Below are positions 18,028 to 27,985 of a stretch of DNA of 64,000 nucleotides, piece by piece (within the stretch, counting starts at the first letter, position 1; each line of letters begins with the position of its first letter). Made by a program: the position numbers and the translations under genes. Source of the stretch: Gemmatimonadota bacterium. GTDB taxonomy: Bacteria; Gemmatimonadota; Gemmatimonadetes; Palauibacterales; KS3-K002. The notes below the pieces were generated by a model. That model was not told the origin of the DNA, did no database searches, and saw nothing but the letters and a program-made list of their open reading frames with translations. The stretch covers positions 3,007 to 67,006 of the forward strand of contig JBDHJU010000029.1 of NCBI GenBank assembly GCA_039586755.1, in the 5' to 3' direction.

Positions 18028-19983
18028 CTAATCAGGCTTTAGCAGCTTATCGACCTCGAGCTGTGCCTCGAGCAGTTGATCGATATCGTCCGCCACCTCA
18101 CGCGCCGCCGCCAGATCACCGGTCAGACTCTCGACGCTACCCGAACCGGCCTGCATGCGCAGCAGGCTCAGGCGAATCGTTTCCAGCGCCGCCACGGCGT
18201 CGGCCAGACGTTGCTGGGTGGCGTCACGGGCCGCAAACAGGTCGTCCGACAGCTTCTGACGTTGCAGGGCGACCTTGCTGCTCTCGTCGGGTGACGGCGA
18301 CGCCTCCAGGGCACGGCTTTCGGACCGCTCGCTGCCGACTTCTGCGAGTACCTCGTTCAAGTCCTCGATCCGGGTGCGCATCTTCTGGGCATCGAACTGC
18401 AACTTGCGCACGATATCAGGAAGCTCCTTGAGCGACCTGCGCAGCTCGCGGGGCAGCCCTTCGAACAAGCGGTCGGCGGCCAGGCCGATCGCCAGCTCGG
18501 TGGGTCGATAGGTTGCCGACCCTGCGGCCGGGACTCGCTTGAGGCCGAGGCCGGCGATCTTGAAGACCCAGCGCCCGAGGCGCGACTTCCAGAACCAGCC
18601 GCGTATCTCGCGGTCGATGCCGCGGCGCCACTGGAGACGAACGAGCGCCAGGACGCCGGCACCGAGTCCGACGGTCAACGAGTAGAAGATCGTGGTGTAC
18701 AGACCCACGCCAGCGGCGCTTCCGGTGAGTGCCAGGGCACCAAGGCCGGCGGCGCCGGCCAGACCGACGCCGCTGATCACGCGCACGACCTTCTCGTATC
18801 TCGACGGGCCGTGCCCGAACTGGAAGGCGCCCTCCTCGCGCGCGCGATCGATATCCGCTTTGAAGGCGATGGGCAGCTCTTCCTGGCCGTAGCCGGCCTT
18901 GAGCAGGCGGCGGGCGCGATTGACAATGATGCCGGCGGGAACCAGGGTGACCCCGGCGACGGCCGTGCCGATCCCCGCACCGACTCCCAGGCTATAACCG
19001 AGGAACTCGCCAACCGTCGCCCCAACCATGGCCGAGATTACCGTCAGCGCCCACAGGTAGACGATGATTCCGCCGGTGCCCATCCGGCCTTCTCGTTTGA
19101 CGAAGACGCGTAACGGCACGGGAAGTTCTCGGCGCTCGGGGAGCGCCTGTCCGAACGATTCGGCCAGTTCGTCATCGCTGGCGAAGCGCTTGACCGGGTC
19201 CTTGGCCAGGCAGCGATCGATGGCACGGGCCAGCCTGCCGGGCACGTTTTGCGCGACCTTCACCACGGGTAGCGGTGCCTCGCTGATGTGCTTGGCGAGT
19301 ATCACCTGGGGGGTGGAGCCCTCGAACGGGAAGTGGCCGCTCAGCGCGTAGTAGCCGACCACGCCGAGGGAGTATGTGTCGCTGGCCGGTCCCACCGCCT
19401 CGCCTCTCGCCTGTTCGGGGCTGATGAACTCCGCTGTGCCCGATACCTGGCCCGGTTCGGCCGTCCCGGCGCTCTCCGCCACGCTCGCGATGCCGAAATC
19501 CACCACCAGGGCCCGCCCGCTTCCCGATTCGAGAAGGATGTTGTCCGGCTTGATGTCACGGTGAACGACTCCCTGAGCGTGCGCGTAGCCCAACGCCCAG
19601 GCGACCTCGCGGAGGATACGGGCGACTTCAGAAGGTGGCCGCGGGCCGCGGGCCCGGATACACTCTCCAAGCGACTCGCCGTCGATGTAGGCCATCGCGA
19701 ACAGTACAAACTCGCCGACCTCATCTACCGAGAAGATCGGCACGATGTTTGGGTGCGACAGCCTGGCCGCGGTGCGCGCCTCGTCGAGGAACCGCTCGCG
19801 CGCTGCCGGCTTCTCCGCCAGTTCGGGCGGCAGGATCTTGATGGCCACCGGCCGGTCGAGGCTGACCTCGCGGGCCAGGTAGACGATCCCCATACCGCCG
19901 CGACCCAGCTCGCGTTCCAGCGAATAACGACCGGCCAGCGCTTCTTGGAGCTTGTAAAAGTCGGCGCTCGGCTCGTCGGGCAT
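18028..19983 (-). CDS. Ser/Thr protein kinase with multi-TM C-terminal region and terminal coiled-coil
   Basis: MPDEPSADFYKLQEALAGRYSLERELGRGGMGIVYLAREVSLDRPVAIKIL...HRDIKPDNILL...VDFGIA...SPEQ. Several Gly/Ala-rich hydrophobic helices follow, and the C-terminal end is helical and Leu/Glu/Ala-rich. ATG 19981-19983 was chosen over the ORF track's GTG 20058. Confidence 0.85.
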   Translation of the reverse strand: MPDEPSADFYKLQEALAGRYSLERELGRGGMGIVYLAREVSLDRPVAIKILPPELAEKPAARERFLDEARTAARLSHPNIVPIFSVDEVGEFVLFAMAYIDGESLGECIRARGPRPPSEVARILREVAWALGYAHAQGVVHRDIKPDNILLESGSGRALVVDFGIASVAESAGTAEPGQVSGTAEFISPEQARGEAVGPASDTYSLGVVGYYALSGHFPFEGSTPQVILAKHISEAPLPVVKVAQNVPGRLARAIDRCLAKDPVKRFASDDELAESFGQALPERRELPVPLRVFVKREGRMGTGGIIVYLWALTVISAMVGATVGEFLGYSLGVGAGIGTAVAGVTLVPAGIIVNRARRLLKAGYGQEELPIAFKADIDRAREEGAFQFGHGPSRYEKVVRVISGVGLAGAAGLGALALTGSAAGVGLYTTIFYSLTVGLGAGVLALVRLQWRRGIDREIRGWFWKSRLGRWVFKIAGLGLKRVPAAGSATYRPTELAIGLAADRLFEGLPRELRRSLKELPDIVRKLQFDAQKMRTRIEDLNEVLAEVGSERSESRALEASPSPDESSKVALQRQKLSDDLFAARDATQQRLADAVAALETIRLSLLRMQAGSGSVESLTGDLAAAREVADDIDQLLEAQLEVDKLLKPD

Positions 19984-20120
19984 GGGGGAGCATGCATGCG
20001 CGGACCTCCGTACGCAAGGCGCAGCGGGCGGCAGCCGTCCTGTGGACTCGGGACCCACCGGGGCCTAGTTTGGCGCGGATTGCGAGCGACCCAACCCCAC
20101 ACGATTCTGGAGTGATTGCC

Positions 20121-23069
20121 ATGCTGAGATACGCGTGTGCCGTTGCCGTGCTGCTGGCCTGCTCCGCGGACGCATTCGCCCAGCGGCGACCGCAGCCCGC
20201 CGACCCGCCGACGCTGGAAGAGCGGCGGCAGGCCTGGGAGCGCCACCAGGAGCTCGATCGTACGACCTTGTTCAAGGGGCTCGAATGGCGCGACGTCGGT
20301 CCGGTCGTCCAGGGCGGCCGACTGGTCGACATCGAGGGCGTGCCCGGCGAGCCGTACACCTTCTACGTCGCCTACGCGTCTGGCGGCGTCTGGAAGACGA
20401 CGAACAACGGTATCAGCTTCGAACCGCTGTTCGACGACCAGCCGTCCATCATCATAGGCGACATGGCCCTCGATCCCTCGAACCCGCAGCGCATCTTCGT
20501 TGGAACGGGTGAGAACAACTCGTCGCGCTCCTCCTACGGCGGTGAGGGAGTCTTCCGATCGGAGGATGGCGGCGAAACCTGGACGCGCGTCGGGCTCGAG
20601 GAGTCGGACCGTATCGGGCGGATTCTCGTCGACCCGCGGGACCCCGATCGCGTCTTCGTCGCCGTACTTGGCAAGCTCTACACGCCGGGCGGCCAGCGTG
20701 GCGTGTATCGCTCGGACGATGGCGGTGACACCTGGCAGCTCGTGCTAGCCGGCGAAAACGACCTCACCGGCTACGTCGACCTGGCCTTCCAGCCGGGTAA
20801 CCCCGACGTCATCTACGCCGCGGCCTGGGAGCGGATCCGCCGGCCGTGGAACTTCATCGAGGGCGGCGGCGGCACCGGCGTCTGGAAGTCGACGGATGGC
20901 GGCGATACATGGGAGCGCGTGGACGGTGGTTTCCCACGCGGCGAGCACGTTGGCCGCGTCGGACTGGCGGTCACAGCGGCGAACCCGCAGGTCCTCTACG
21001 CCTCAGTGGACAATCAAGAGATACTGCCAGAGGACGAGTGGGACCTCGGCAGTGGTGCGGTGACGGCCAAGCGCCTGCGTGACATGAGCAAGGAGGAATT
21101 CCTCGCCCAGGACCCCGAAGAGATCGAGGACTTCATCCGCGGCAACGATCTTGATCCACGACTCGACGCGCGCCGACTCATCGCCGCCGTGCGTAGCGAC
21201 TCGATAACGATAGCCGACCTGCTGCAGGCGTTGCAGGACGCGAACGCCGCGCTCTTCTCCGCCGACATCCGCGGGATCGAGGTCTGGCGCTCCGACGATG
21301 CCGGCAATACCTGGCGGCGGATGAACCCGGAACCGATTCGCCAGGCGGTCTACACCTATGGCTATTACTTCGGCCAGATCCGCGCCGCCCCCGATGATGT
21401 CGACCGCGTGTACGTCCTCGGCGTTCCGCTCCTCGTGTCGGAGGACGGCGGCGTGACCTGGCGCGGTACCGCCGGTCGCGGCGTGCACGGCGACCACCAG
21501 GCGATGTGGATTGACCCGGAGTACTCCGAGCACGTGATACTCGGCAACGACGGTGGCCTGGACGTCACCTTCGACGGCGGCAAGACGTGGCTCAGCCTGT
21601 CGAGCGTATCAGTCGGCCAGTTCTATACCGTCGCCGTCGACATGGCAGACCCTTATAACATCTACGGCGGTCTGCAGGACAACGGGGTGCTGAAAGGGTC
21701 GAGCCGTTCGCGGCCCAACATCACGGGCAGTTGGACGCGCGCCGGTGGTGGCGACGGCATGTGGGCGCAGATCGATCCGCGCGACAATAGCACCTACTAC
21801 GCGGGCTCGCAGTTCGGCTACTACTTCCGCAGCGGCGCGGCCGGCTATCAGCGCGTGAAGCCGCGCAACGGGGTCCTGGAAGAGCCGCTGCGCTACAACT
21901 GGCTGACGCCGATCTTGCTCTCATCGCACAACGCCGACGTGCTCTACTACGGCGCGAACAAGCTGTTCCGCTCGATGGACCAGGGCGAGACGTTTACGGC
22001 GTTGAGCGATGATCTGACACAGAGCTCGAACCGTGGCGACGTGCCGTTCGCCACCCTCACAGTTGTCGCCGAGTCGCCGAAGCGCTTCGGCCTACTGTGG
22101 GCCGGCACCGACGACGGTCACGTGTACGTGACACGGAGCAGTGGCGCCGAGTGGACCGAGGTGAGCGGTGGCCTGCCTCGCGACCGCTGGGTCTCGCGGG
22201 TCGAGGCGTCGAACCACGACGAGAACGTCGCCTACGTCAGCCTCAACGACGACGACATCACGGCCTACGTCTACCGCACCAATAACCTCGGCCGCACCTG
22301 GCGCGACATTTCCGACGGCCTACCCGACGAAGCGGTGAACGTGATCCGCGAGGATCCCGTCAATCCGGCCGTGCTCTACGTCGGCACCGACCGCGGCGCC
22401 TACGTCTCCCTCGATACCGGCCGCACCTGGCAGGCGGTGGGCTCCGGGCTGCCCAACGTCCCGGTCCACGACCTGATCGTGCATCCGCGCGAGCGCGAAC
22501 TGGTCGCTGGCACCCACGGCCGCAGCGTCTGGATTCTCGACGTGCTTCCGGTTCAGGAGCTGAGCGACGAGGTGCGTGCCTCAGAGGTCCACGTCTTCCC
22601 TGTGGACGGCGTAACGTACTCGCGCGGCTGGAGCTCGCGCCGCTCGCTCTGGTACTACCGGCCCGAGGACGCGCGGTACCAGAACTTCCCGTTCTGGGTC
22701 GATACCGACGGCCGCGTCGAGTGGAGCGTGCTCGACGAGGACGAGAACGTGCTGCGCCGCGGTGAGATGGACGTGGTGCGAGGCGTCAACACGTTGCGCT
22801 GGGATCTGATGCTCGATCCTGAGCTCGCCCTGCCAGTCGAGGAGGCGCGCGTCGCTGACAAAGAAGAGGTCAAGCCGGCCGACACGCCGTGGGCCGAGGT
22901 GGTCCGGCTCGACCGCCAGCTTTACGTCACGCCCGGCACCTACACCGTGCGTGTTCAAGCGGGCGAAAGTCATGCCGAGACCGAGTTCAAGGTGAACGCG
23001 CCGCGGCCGCGACAGCCTCAGGTCAAGCCGGCGCCACTTATCCGCGGACAGAAGAGGGGAGAGCGCTAG
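20121..23069 (+). CDS. Secreted BNR/Asp-box repeat protein (Sortilin/VPS10-like beta-propeller; 'glycosyl hydrolase BNR repeat' family)
   Basis: Signal peptide MLRYACAVAVLLACSADAFAQ. There are many S-x-D-x-G-x-T-W Asp-box repeats: SEDGGETWTRV, SDDGGDTWQLV, STDGGDTWERV, SDDAGNTWRRM, SEDGGVTWRGT, FDGGKTWLSL, SMDQGETFTAL, TRSSGAEWTEV, TNNLGRTWRDI and LDTGRTWQAV. Confidence 0.8.
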   Translation: MLRYACAVAVLLACSADAFAQRRPQPADPPTLEERRQAWERHQELDRTTLFKGLEWRDVGPVVQGGRLVDIEGVPGEPYTFYVAYASGGVWKTTNNGISFEPLFDDQPSIIIGDMALDPSNPQRIFVGTGENNSSRSSYGGEGVFRSEDGGETWTRVGLEESDRIGRILVDPRDPDRVFVAVLGKLYTPGGQRGVYRSDDGGDTWQLVLAGENDLTGYVDLAFQPGNPDVIYAAAWERIRRPWNFIEGGGGTGVWKSTDGGDTWERVDGGFPRGEHVGRVGLAVTAANPQVLYASVDNQEILPEDEWDLGSGAVTAKRLRDMSKEEFLAQDPEEIEDFIRGNDLDPRLDARRLIAAVRSDSITIADLLQALQDANAALFSADIRGIEVWRSDDAGNTWRRMNPEPIRQAVYTYGYYFGQIRAAPDDVDRVYVLGVPLLVSEDGGVTWRGTAGRGVHGDHQAMWIDPEYSEHVILGNDGGLDVTFDGGKTWLSLSSVSVGQFYTVAVDMADPYNIYGGLQDNGVLKGSSRSRPNITGSWTRAGGGDGMWAQIDPRDNSTYYAGSQFGYYFRSGAAGYQRVKPRNGVLEEPLRYNWLTPILLSSHNADVLYYGANKLFRSMDQGETFTALSDDLTQSSNRGDVPFATLTVVAESPKRFGLLWAGTDDGHVYVTRSSGAEWTEVSGGLPRDRWVSRVEASNHDENVAYVSLNDDDITAYVYRTNNLGRTWRDISDGLPDEAVNVIREDPVNPAVLYVGTDRGAYVSLDTGRTWQAVGSGLPNVPVHDLIVHPRERELVAGTHGRSVWILDVLPVQELSDEVRASEVHVFPVDGVTYSRGWSSRRSLWYYRPEDARYQNFPFWVDTDGRVEWSVLDEDENVLRRGEMDVVRGVNTLRWDLMLDPELALPVEEARVADKEEVKPADTPWAEVVRLDRQLYVTPGTYTVRVQAGESHAETEFKVNAPRPRQPQVKPAPLIRGQKRGER

Positions 23070-23090
23070 CACGGCTAGCCGGAATCCTCA

Positions 23091-23129
23091 ATAAAGAAGG
23101 CGGCCTCCGTGGCCGCCTTCTTCGTTTCG
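23091..23129. terminator. Bidirectional Rho-independent terminator between convergent genes
   Basis: GAAGGCGGCC-tccgt-GGCCGCCTTC is a perfect 10-bp stem. TTCGTTTCG follows on the plus strand, and AATAAA precedes it, which reads as a T-tract on the minus strand. Confidence 0.7.
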
Positions 23130-23145
23130 AGCAACTCGTAACGAG

Positions 23146-25575
23146 CTACTCGTAGCGCAGCGCCGTCACCGGCTCCACCTTTGCCGCGCGCCGTGCCGGC
23201 AGATAACTCGCCGCCAGGGCCACCAGCGTAAGCAGCAGGGCGACCCCGGCGAACGTCGGGATGCCGGGCATCTCGGCGCCCGCTACCGCACCCGCCATGA
23301 CTTTGGTCAGCCCCACCGAGATCAGCAGGCCGATGGCGACCCCGACCCCGGCGAGGATCGCTCCGTGCCTTATCACCAGCGTAAGTATATCGGCACGGTC
23401 CGCACCCAGCGCCATGCGGATGCCGAACTCGCTGACGCGCCGACTGACCGAGTACGCGACCACGCCGTAGAGACCGACGCAGGCCAGCAGCAGCGCCAGC
23501 AGGCCGAACAGGCTGAGCAGTCCGGAGACGATCTGGAATGGCCCCAGCGATTGGGCGAGCACCTGGCGTAGCGTGCGCGCTCCGCCGACCGGCAACCCGG
23601 GATCCACCGACCAGATCGCCTCGCGCACCGCGGCGGCGACGGAGCTGGGCTCGCCGGCCGTGCGCACGATGATGCTGATCGCCCGCGTGGCGCTCTGGCC
23701 CTGCGGGATGTAGATCTGTGGGTCGACTTCGCGGGTGAGCAGGCGATGCCTGACGTCGCCCACTACGGCCACGATCGTGGCCCATTCGGCCGCATCCTCG
23801 TCCGGGTCGAGCAGCACGCGCCGCCCCACCGGATCGTTGCCCGGCCAGTAGCGCTCCGCCATAGTCTGGTTGATCGCAATGACTCGGGGTGCGTCCTCGC
23901 TGTCTCCCTGCTCGAACGGTCGACCGCGCAGCAATGGGATCCCCATCGCGGCGAAGTAACCCGGAGTAACCCTGTTTTCGTTGGCGAAGAGCCGCTCGTC
24001 CGGCGTCGCGGGCGGGCGCCCCTCCACTTCGAAGCCCATGTAGCTGGTGGAAAAGTCGAGCGGCAGCGATGCGACGCCGCCGGCCGCCTCCACCTGGGGC
24101 AGCGCCTCGACCCTACGCATCACCTCCTCCTGGAACGCCGCGCGCTGTGACACCTCCCGGTACTTCGACACAGACAGCCGGACCCGCATCGTCAACGCTC
24201 GGTCCGTATCGAAGCCGGGGTCGATGCGCTGCATCCCGATGAGCGTCTGGATGGTTATCGCGGCTCCGATTAGCAGCACCAGCGTCATGGCGACCTGCGC
24301 GACGACGAGGGCGCTGCGGAGTCGCTTGCCCTTGGCTCCGGCGCTCGAGCCCCTGCCGCCTTCCTTTATAGTAGCCGCCATATCGAGTCGCGAAGCTTGC
24401 AGCGCCGGCGCGAGTCCGAAGAACAGGACCGCCACCACGGCCACGAGAACCGTGAAGCCGAGCGCCGCCCCGTCCACACTGGCATTACCTACCCTGTACA
24501 GATCCTCGGGCATGGTCGGCCCGATCTGCCTGACCACCCCCGTGGCGATCGCCACCCCCATTATGCTGCCCACCCCGGCCAGCACCGCGCTCTCCGTCAG
24601 GAACTGGCGGATCAGGCGCAGCCGGTTCGAGCCAAGCGCCGCGCGGATCGCGACCTCACGCTCCCGGGCAGTCGCACGAGCCAGCATGATGTTGCCCACG
24701 TTCGCTGCGACGATCATCAGCACGAAGCCGACCGCGGCCATCAGCAGCAGCAGCATGCCGCGGATCACGTCGTAGAAAAACATTAGCCCGGCGCGGATCG
24801 GCACGGCTCTCACCCCAAACCGTCCGTCCAGATCCGGGTACTCGGCGCTCAGCCGCCCGTGGATCGTCTGCATCTCGACTTGGGCCCGCTCGAGTGTCGC
24901 CCCCGACTTCAGCCGCCCTATGATGAGGTAGCTGCCCTGTGCGCGATCGGCCGTCGCCGGTTCCTCCTGCAGCGCCGTCCACATCTTCACCCCGCCGTAC
25001 GGGAAGACGAAGTCTCGGGGCATGATCCCTATCACATTGTGCGGGACCTCGTCCAGCTTGATCGTCTGGCCGATGATACCCCGGTCGCCTGCGTAGCGAC
25101 GCTGCCAGAGCCCGTGCGACAGGATGGCCACCGGCGGGGCTCCGGGGCGGTCCTCGTCCGGCAGGAAAGCTCTCCCGAGCGCCGGCTCGACTGCCAAAAG
25201 ACTCATCGTGTTGGCCGTGACCCTGCCCACGGTCACCGACTCGGGCTCGCCGTGGCCGGTCACGTTCTTGACCCCGTAGGTGTAGAGGCCCAGGTCCTCG
25301 AACGACTCGAAGCCGGCCTCGTAGTCTGCGTACTGCGGCAGCGAGAAGCGCGCTTGATTGAACCCGAGGTCGTAGTCGATGTGGAACAGATGGACCAACC
25401 GGTCGGCGTCGCCGAACGGTAGGGCTTTGAACAAGTACGGGCTTACGAGGCTGAAGATCGCCGTGTTCGCACCAATCCCCAGTGCCAGCGTGACCACCGC
25501 CACCGCGGTGAACCCGGGATTGCGGCGCATCGTGCGTAAGGCGTATAGCGAGTCTTGTCTGAGTGTGTCAAACAT
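23146..25575 (-). CDS. ADOP-family ABC transporter permease (duplicated FtsX/MacB-like permease)
   Basis: N-terminus MFDTLRQDSLYALRTMRRNPGFTAVAVVTLALGIGANTAIFSLV is the hallmark of acidobacterial duplicated orphan permeases. It has two MacB_PCD-plus-FtsX modules over about 809 aa, and ends ...VTALRYE. Confidence 0.9.
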   Translation of the reverse strand: MFDTLRQDSLYALRTMRRNPGFTAVAVVTLALGIGANTAIFSLVSPYLFKALPFGDADRLVHLFHIDYDLGFNQARFSLPQYADYEAGFESFEDLGLYTYGVKNVTGHGEPESVTVGRVTANTMSLLAVEPALGRAFLPDEDRPGAPPVAILSHGLWQRRYAGDRGIIGQTIKLDEVPHNVIGIMPRDFVFPYGGVKMWTALQEEPATADRAQGSYLIIGRLKSGATLERAQVEMQTIHGRLSAEYPDLDGRFGVRAVPIRAGLMFFYDVIRGMLLLLMAAVGFVLMIVAANVGNIMLARATAREREVAIRAALGSNRLRLIRQFLTESAVLAGVGSIMGVAIATGVVRQIGPTMPEDLYRVGNASVDGAALGFTVLVAVVAVLFFGLAPALQASRLDMAATIKEGGRGSSAGAKGKRLRSALVVAQVAMTLVLLIGAAITIQTLIGMQRIDPGFDTDRALTMRVRLSVSKYREVSQRAAFQEEVMRRVEALPQVEAAGGVASLPLDFSTSYMGFEVEGRPPATPDERLFANENRVTPGYFAAMGIPLLRGRPFEQGDSEDAPRVIAINQTMAERYWPGNDPVGRRVLLDPDEDAAEWATIVAVVGDVRHRLLTREVDPQIYIPQGQSATRAISIIVRTAGEPSSVAAAVREAIWSVDPGLPVGGARTLRQVLAQSLGPFQIVSGLLSLFGLLALLLACVGLYGVVAYSVSRRVSEFGIRMALGADRADILTLVIRHGAILAGVGVAIGLLISVGLTKVMAGAVAGAEMPGIPTFAGVALLLTLVALAASYLPARRAAKVEPVTALRYE

Positions 25576-25741
25576 GACTGACGTCCTGCTGGTTTGTGGT
25601 TGACTCTCCCGGTGCCTTGGCGACCGGCCGGGCCGGTCGGGCCGTTACTGCACTCCTCATACTACGAGCGGCTTTTTCCTGCGGTTTCGAGGTGCGGGCG
25701 CCGGTGGCATATTGGCACCGACACGCGGAACGCGCGGGACG

Positions 25742-26860
25742 ATGACCGGTCAAATCAACCAAATCAACTTCCTCTATACAGACATCGGGCGGGGGCATCC
25801 CCACTATCTCGATGGGATCGTCGAGTGCCTGCCGAAGGACTCGATCGGCGACGTCACCGACGTCTTCACTGAGACCTCCGGCCTCTCCCGAGCCGCCTGG
25901 GGGCTGGCGCGGTCGGTTTACGAGCGCGGCGGCCGGAACCCCGCGCTTGCAGCTCTCTACAACCGCCTGCGGACTCACGGCGACTACAATCGTGGTGGAA
26001 CCCTGCAGAACGTCATGAGTCGCCCGCTGCGACGTCGTTACGACGATGATCCGGCGCCGCTCGTCGTGGCCCACCCCGTCCTTGCTGCGGTTCTGAAAGA
26101 CAGGCGAAGCCTCTTCTACCAGCACGGCGAAATCGCGGCGCCGCGGGAGTCGTGGGTGAGAGGTCTACATCGCACCATCGTCCCGACCGGGGCTACCGCG
26201 GACGCGTTCGTCGCCGCGGGCATCGAGGCTGAGAGCCTGTTCGTCTCGGGTCTGTGTATCGAGCCGGGGCTCGTCGCTCAGGCGGACGGCGCCTTTAGCT
26301 CGAGGCTCGAACGTCTCTCCGGATCGGACCCGCTCTGCGGGGCCTTCTTCTCCTCGGGCGCGGAGCCCCGCGCCCACGTCGAGGCGCTGGCTGCCGCTGC
26401 GGCGTCTGTAGTCTCCGCCGGAGGCCGAGCCCTGGTCTTCGCGCGCCGCGGAGGGGCTCTGGCGGGGCGTCTGGCTCAGACGCCCGGCGCTGAGCCTCGG
26501 CCTACCCAAATTCTCCATGACGGACGCCTAGAGCTGAACGAGCTTACCCGGACCTGGTTCGGCGACTTCGACTACGTCGTCGCTCCATCTCACGAGCGGA
26601 CACATTGGGCGCTCGGTCTCGGCCTGCCGATGTTCATCGTCGGGCCGTCTGTGGGGAGTTTCGCGCCGCTCAATCGCGAGGCGCTACTGGCCGGTGGCGT
26701 TGCGAGAGATCTGGAAGATAAACGGGCCGCGTCGGTTATCTATGCAGCTCTCGAGAACCTCCGGCGTAGGGGAGCGCTGCAGGCGATGGCCGAGGCCGGT
26801 TGGGGTCGATTCGATACGCGCGGGTTCCACAACATCGCGGAGATGCTCCAGTCCCTCTAA
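25742..26860 (+). CDS. Hypothetical protein, possibly GT-B-fold glycosyltransferase-like
   Basis: N-terminus MTGQINQINFLYTDIGRGHPHYLDGI resembles the Gly-rich N-terminal motif of MGDG-synthase/GT28-type glycosyltransferases. The rest is alpha/beta-like. Assignment is weak. Confidence 0.5.
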   Translation: MTGQINQINFLYTDIGRGHPHYLDGIVECLPKDSIGDVTDVFTETSGLSRAAWGLARSVYERGGRNPALAALYNRLRTHGDYNRGGTLQNVMSRPLRRRYDDDPAPLVVAHPVLAAVLKDRRSLFYQHGEIAAPRESWVRGLHRTIVPTGATADAFVAAGIEAESLFVSGLCIEPGLVAQADGAFSSRLERLSGSDPLCGAFFSSGAEPRAHVEALAAAAASVVSAGGRALVFARRGGALAGRLAQTPGAEPRPTQILHDGRLELNELTRTWFGDFDYVVAPSHERTHWALGLGLPMFIVGPSVGSFAPLNREALLAGGVARDLEDKRAASVIYAALENLRRRGALQAMAEAGWGRFDTRGFHNIAEMLQSL

Positions 26861-26893
26861 CCGCTGTCGGCCCGGCAGCGGCGGACCTATAGT

Positions 26894-27985
26894 ATGACCA
26901 TGCACGAGGTCGTGGATTCGGTCGTACCGACCAAGTATTGGCACAAGCTCGAGGACGGACGGGTGCAGTGCGATCTCTGTCCGCGGTTCTGTCGGCTGCG
27001 GGAGGGTCAGCGCGGCATGTGCTTCGTCCGCATGTGCCAGGACGAGCAGGTCGTCCTCACGACCTACGGCCGCTCCAGCGGCTTCTGCGTCGATCCTATA
27101 GAGAAGAAGCCGCTCAACCACTTCCTGCCGGGGACGCCGATTCTCTCGTTCGGCACCGCCGGTTGCAATCTGGCGTGCAAGTTCTGTCAAAACTGGGACA
27201 TCAGTAAGTCGCGTGAGATGGATAGGCTGGCGGACACGGCGTCGCCCGAGAAGTTGGCCGAGGCGGCGGTGCGGCTCGGGTGCCGTAGCGTCGCCTTCAC
27301 CTACAACGACCCGGTGATCTTCCACGAGTACGCCATCGACGTGGCGCAGGCCTGTCGCGAGCGCGGTGTCAGAACCGTCGCCGTGACGGCGGGCTACGTG
27401 TGCGCCGAGCCGCGCCAAGAGTTCTATCGCTACATGGATGCCGCCAACGTCGACCTCAAGGCCTTCACCGACGACTTCTACTACAAGCTCGCCAAGGGTC
27501 ATCTGGAGCCCGTGCTCGAGACGCTCGTCTTCCTCAAGCACGAAACCGACGTCTGGTTCGAGCTGACGACCCTGCTCATCCCCGGCAACAACGACTCCGA
27601 CGGCGAACTGGACGAGTTGACGCGCTGGGTGGTGGAGCAGCTCGGGCCCGATGTCCCGATGCACTTCACCGCCTTCCACCCCGACTGGAAGATGACCGAC
27701 GTGCCGCCGACGCCACCTGCCACCCTGTCGCGGGCGCGCGAGATAGCGCTTCGCAACGGAGTCCGCTACGCCTACACCGGCAACGTCCACGACCTCGATG
27801 GCGGCAGCACGATCTGCCACAACTGTGGCCACACATTGGTCGCCCGCGATTGGTACATCCTGCAGACTTGGCAGCTGACCGACGACGGCCGCTGCACGAA
27901 GTGCGGCGAGCCGTGCGCCGGTGTGTTCGATGGGCCGCCGGGCGATTGGGGTGCCCGGCGACTGCCTGTGCGGATAGGGCCTTAG
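26894..27985 (+). CDS. amrS: AmmeMemoRadiSam system radical SAM enzyme
   Basis: MHEVVDSVVPTKYWHKLEDGRVQCDLCPRFCRL...VDPIEKKPLNHFLPGTPILSFGTAGCNLACKFCQNWDISKS. It has the CxxxCxxC radical-SAM cluster, an N-terminal Cys pair and the C-terminal Cys pattern CHNCGH...CTKCG typical of AmrS. Confidence 0.9.
   Translation: MTMHEVVDSVVPTKYWHKLEDGRVQCDLCPRFCRLREGQRGMCFVRMCQDEQVVLTTYGRSSGFCVDPIEKKPLNHFLPGTPILSFGTAGCNLACKFCQNWDISKSREMDRLADTASPEKLAEAAVRLGCRSVAFTYNDPVIFHEYAIDVAQACRERGVRTVAVTAGYVCAEPRQEFYRYMDAANVDLKAFTDDFYYKLAKGHLEPVLETLVFLKHETDVWFELTTLLIPGNNDSDGELDELTRWVVEQLGPDVPMHFTAFHPDWKMTDVPPTPPATLSRAREIALRNGVRYAYTGNVHDLDGGSTICHNCGHTLVARDWYILQTWQLTDDGRCTKCGEPCAGVFDGPPGDWGARRLPVRIGP

Noticed and set aside
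27400-27984. 5' extension of the 27400..30048 ORF through amrS in another frame
   Set aside because: The real protein (DUF5916-like) begins with a signal peptide right after the amrS stop. The upstream extension is an out-of-frame overlap with a well-supported gene.
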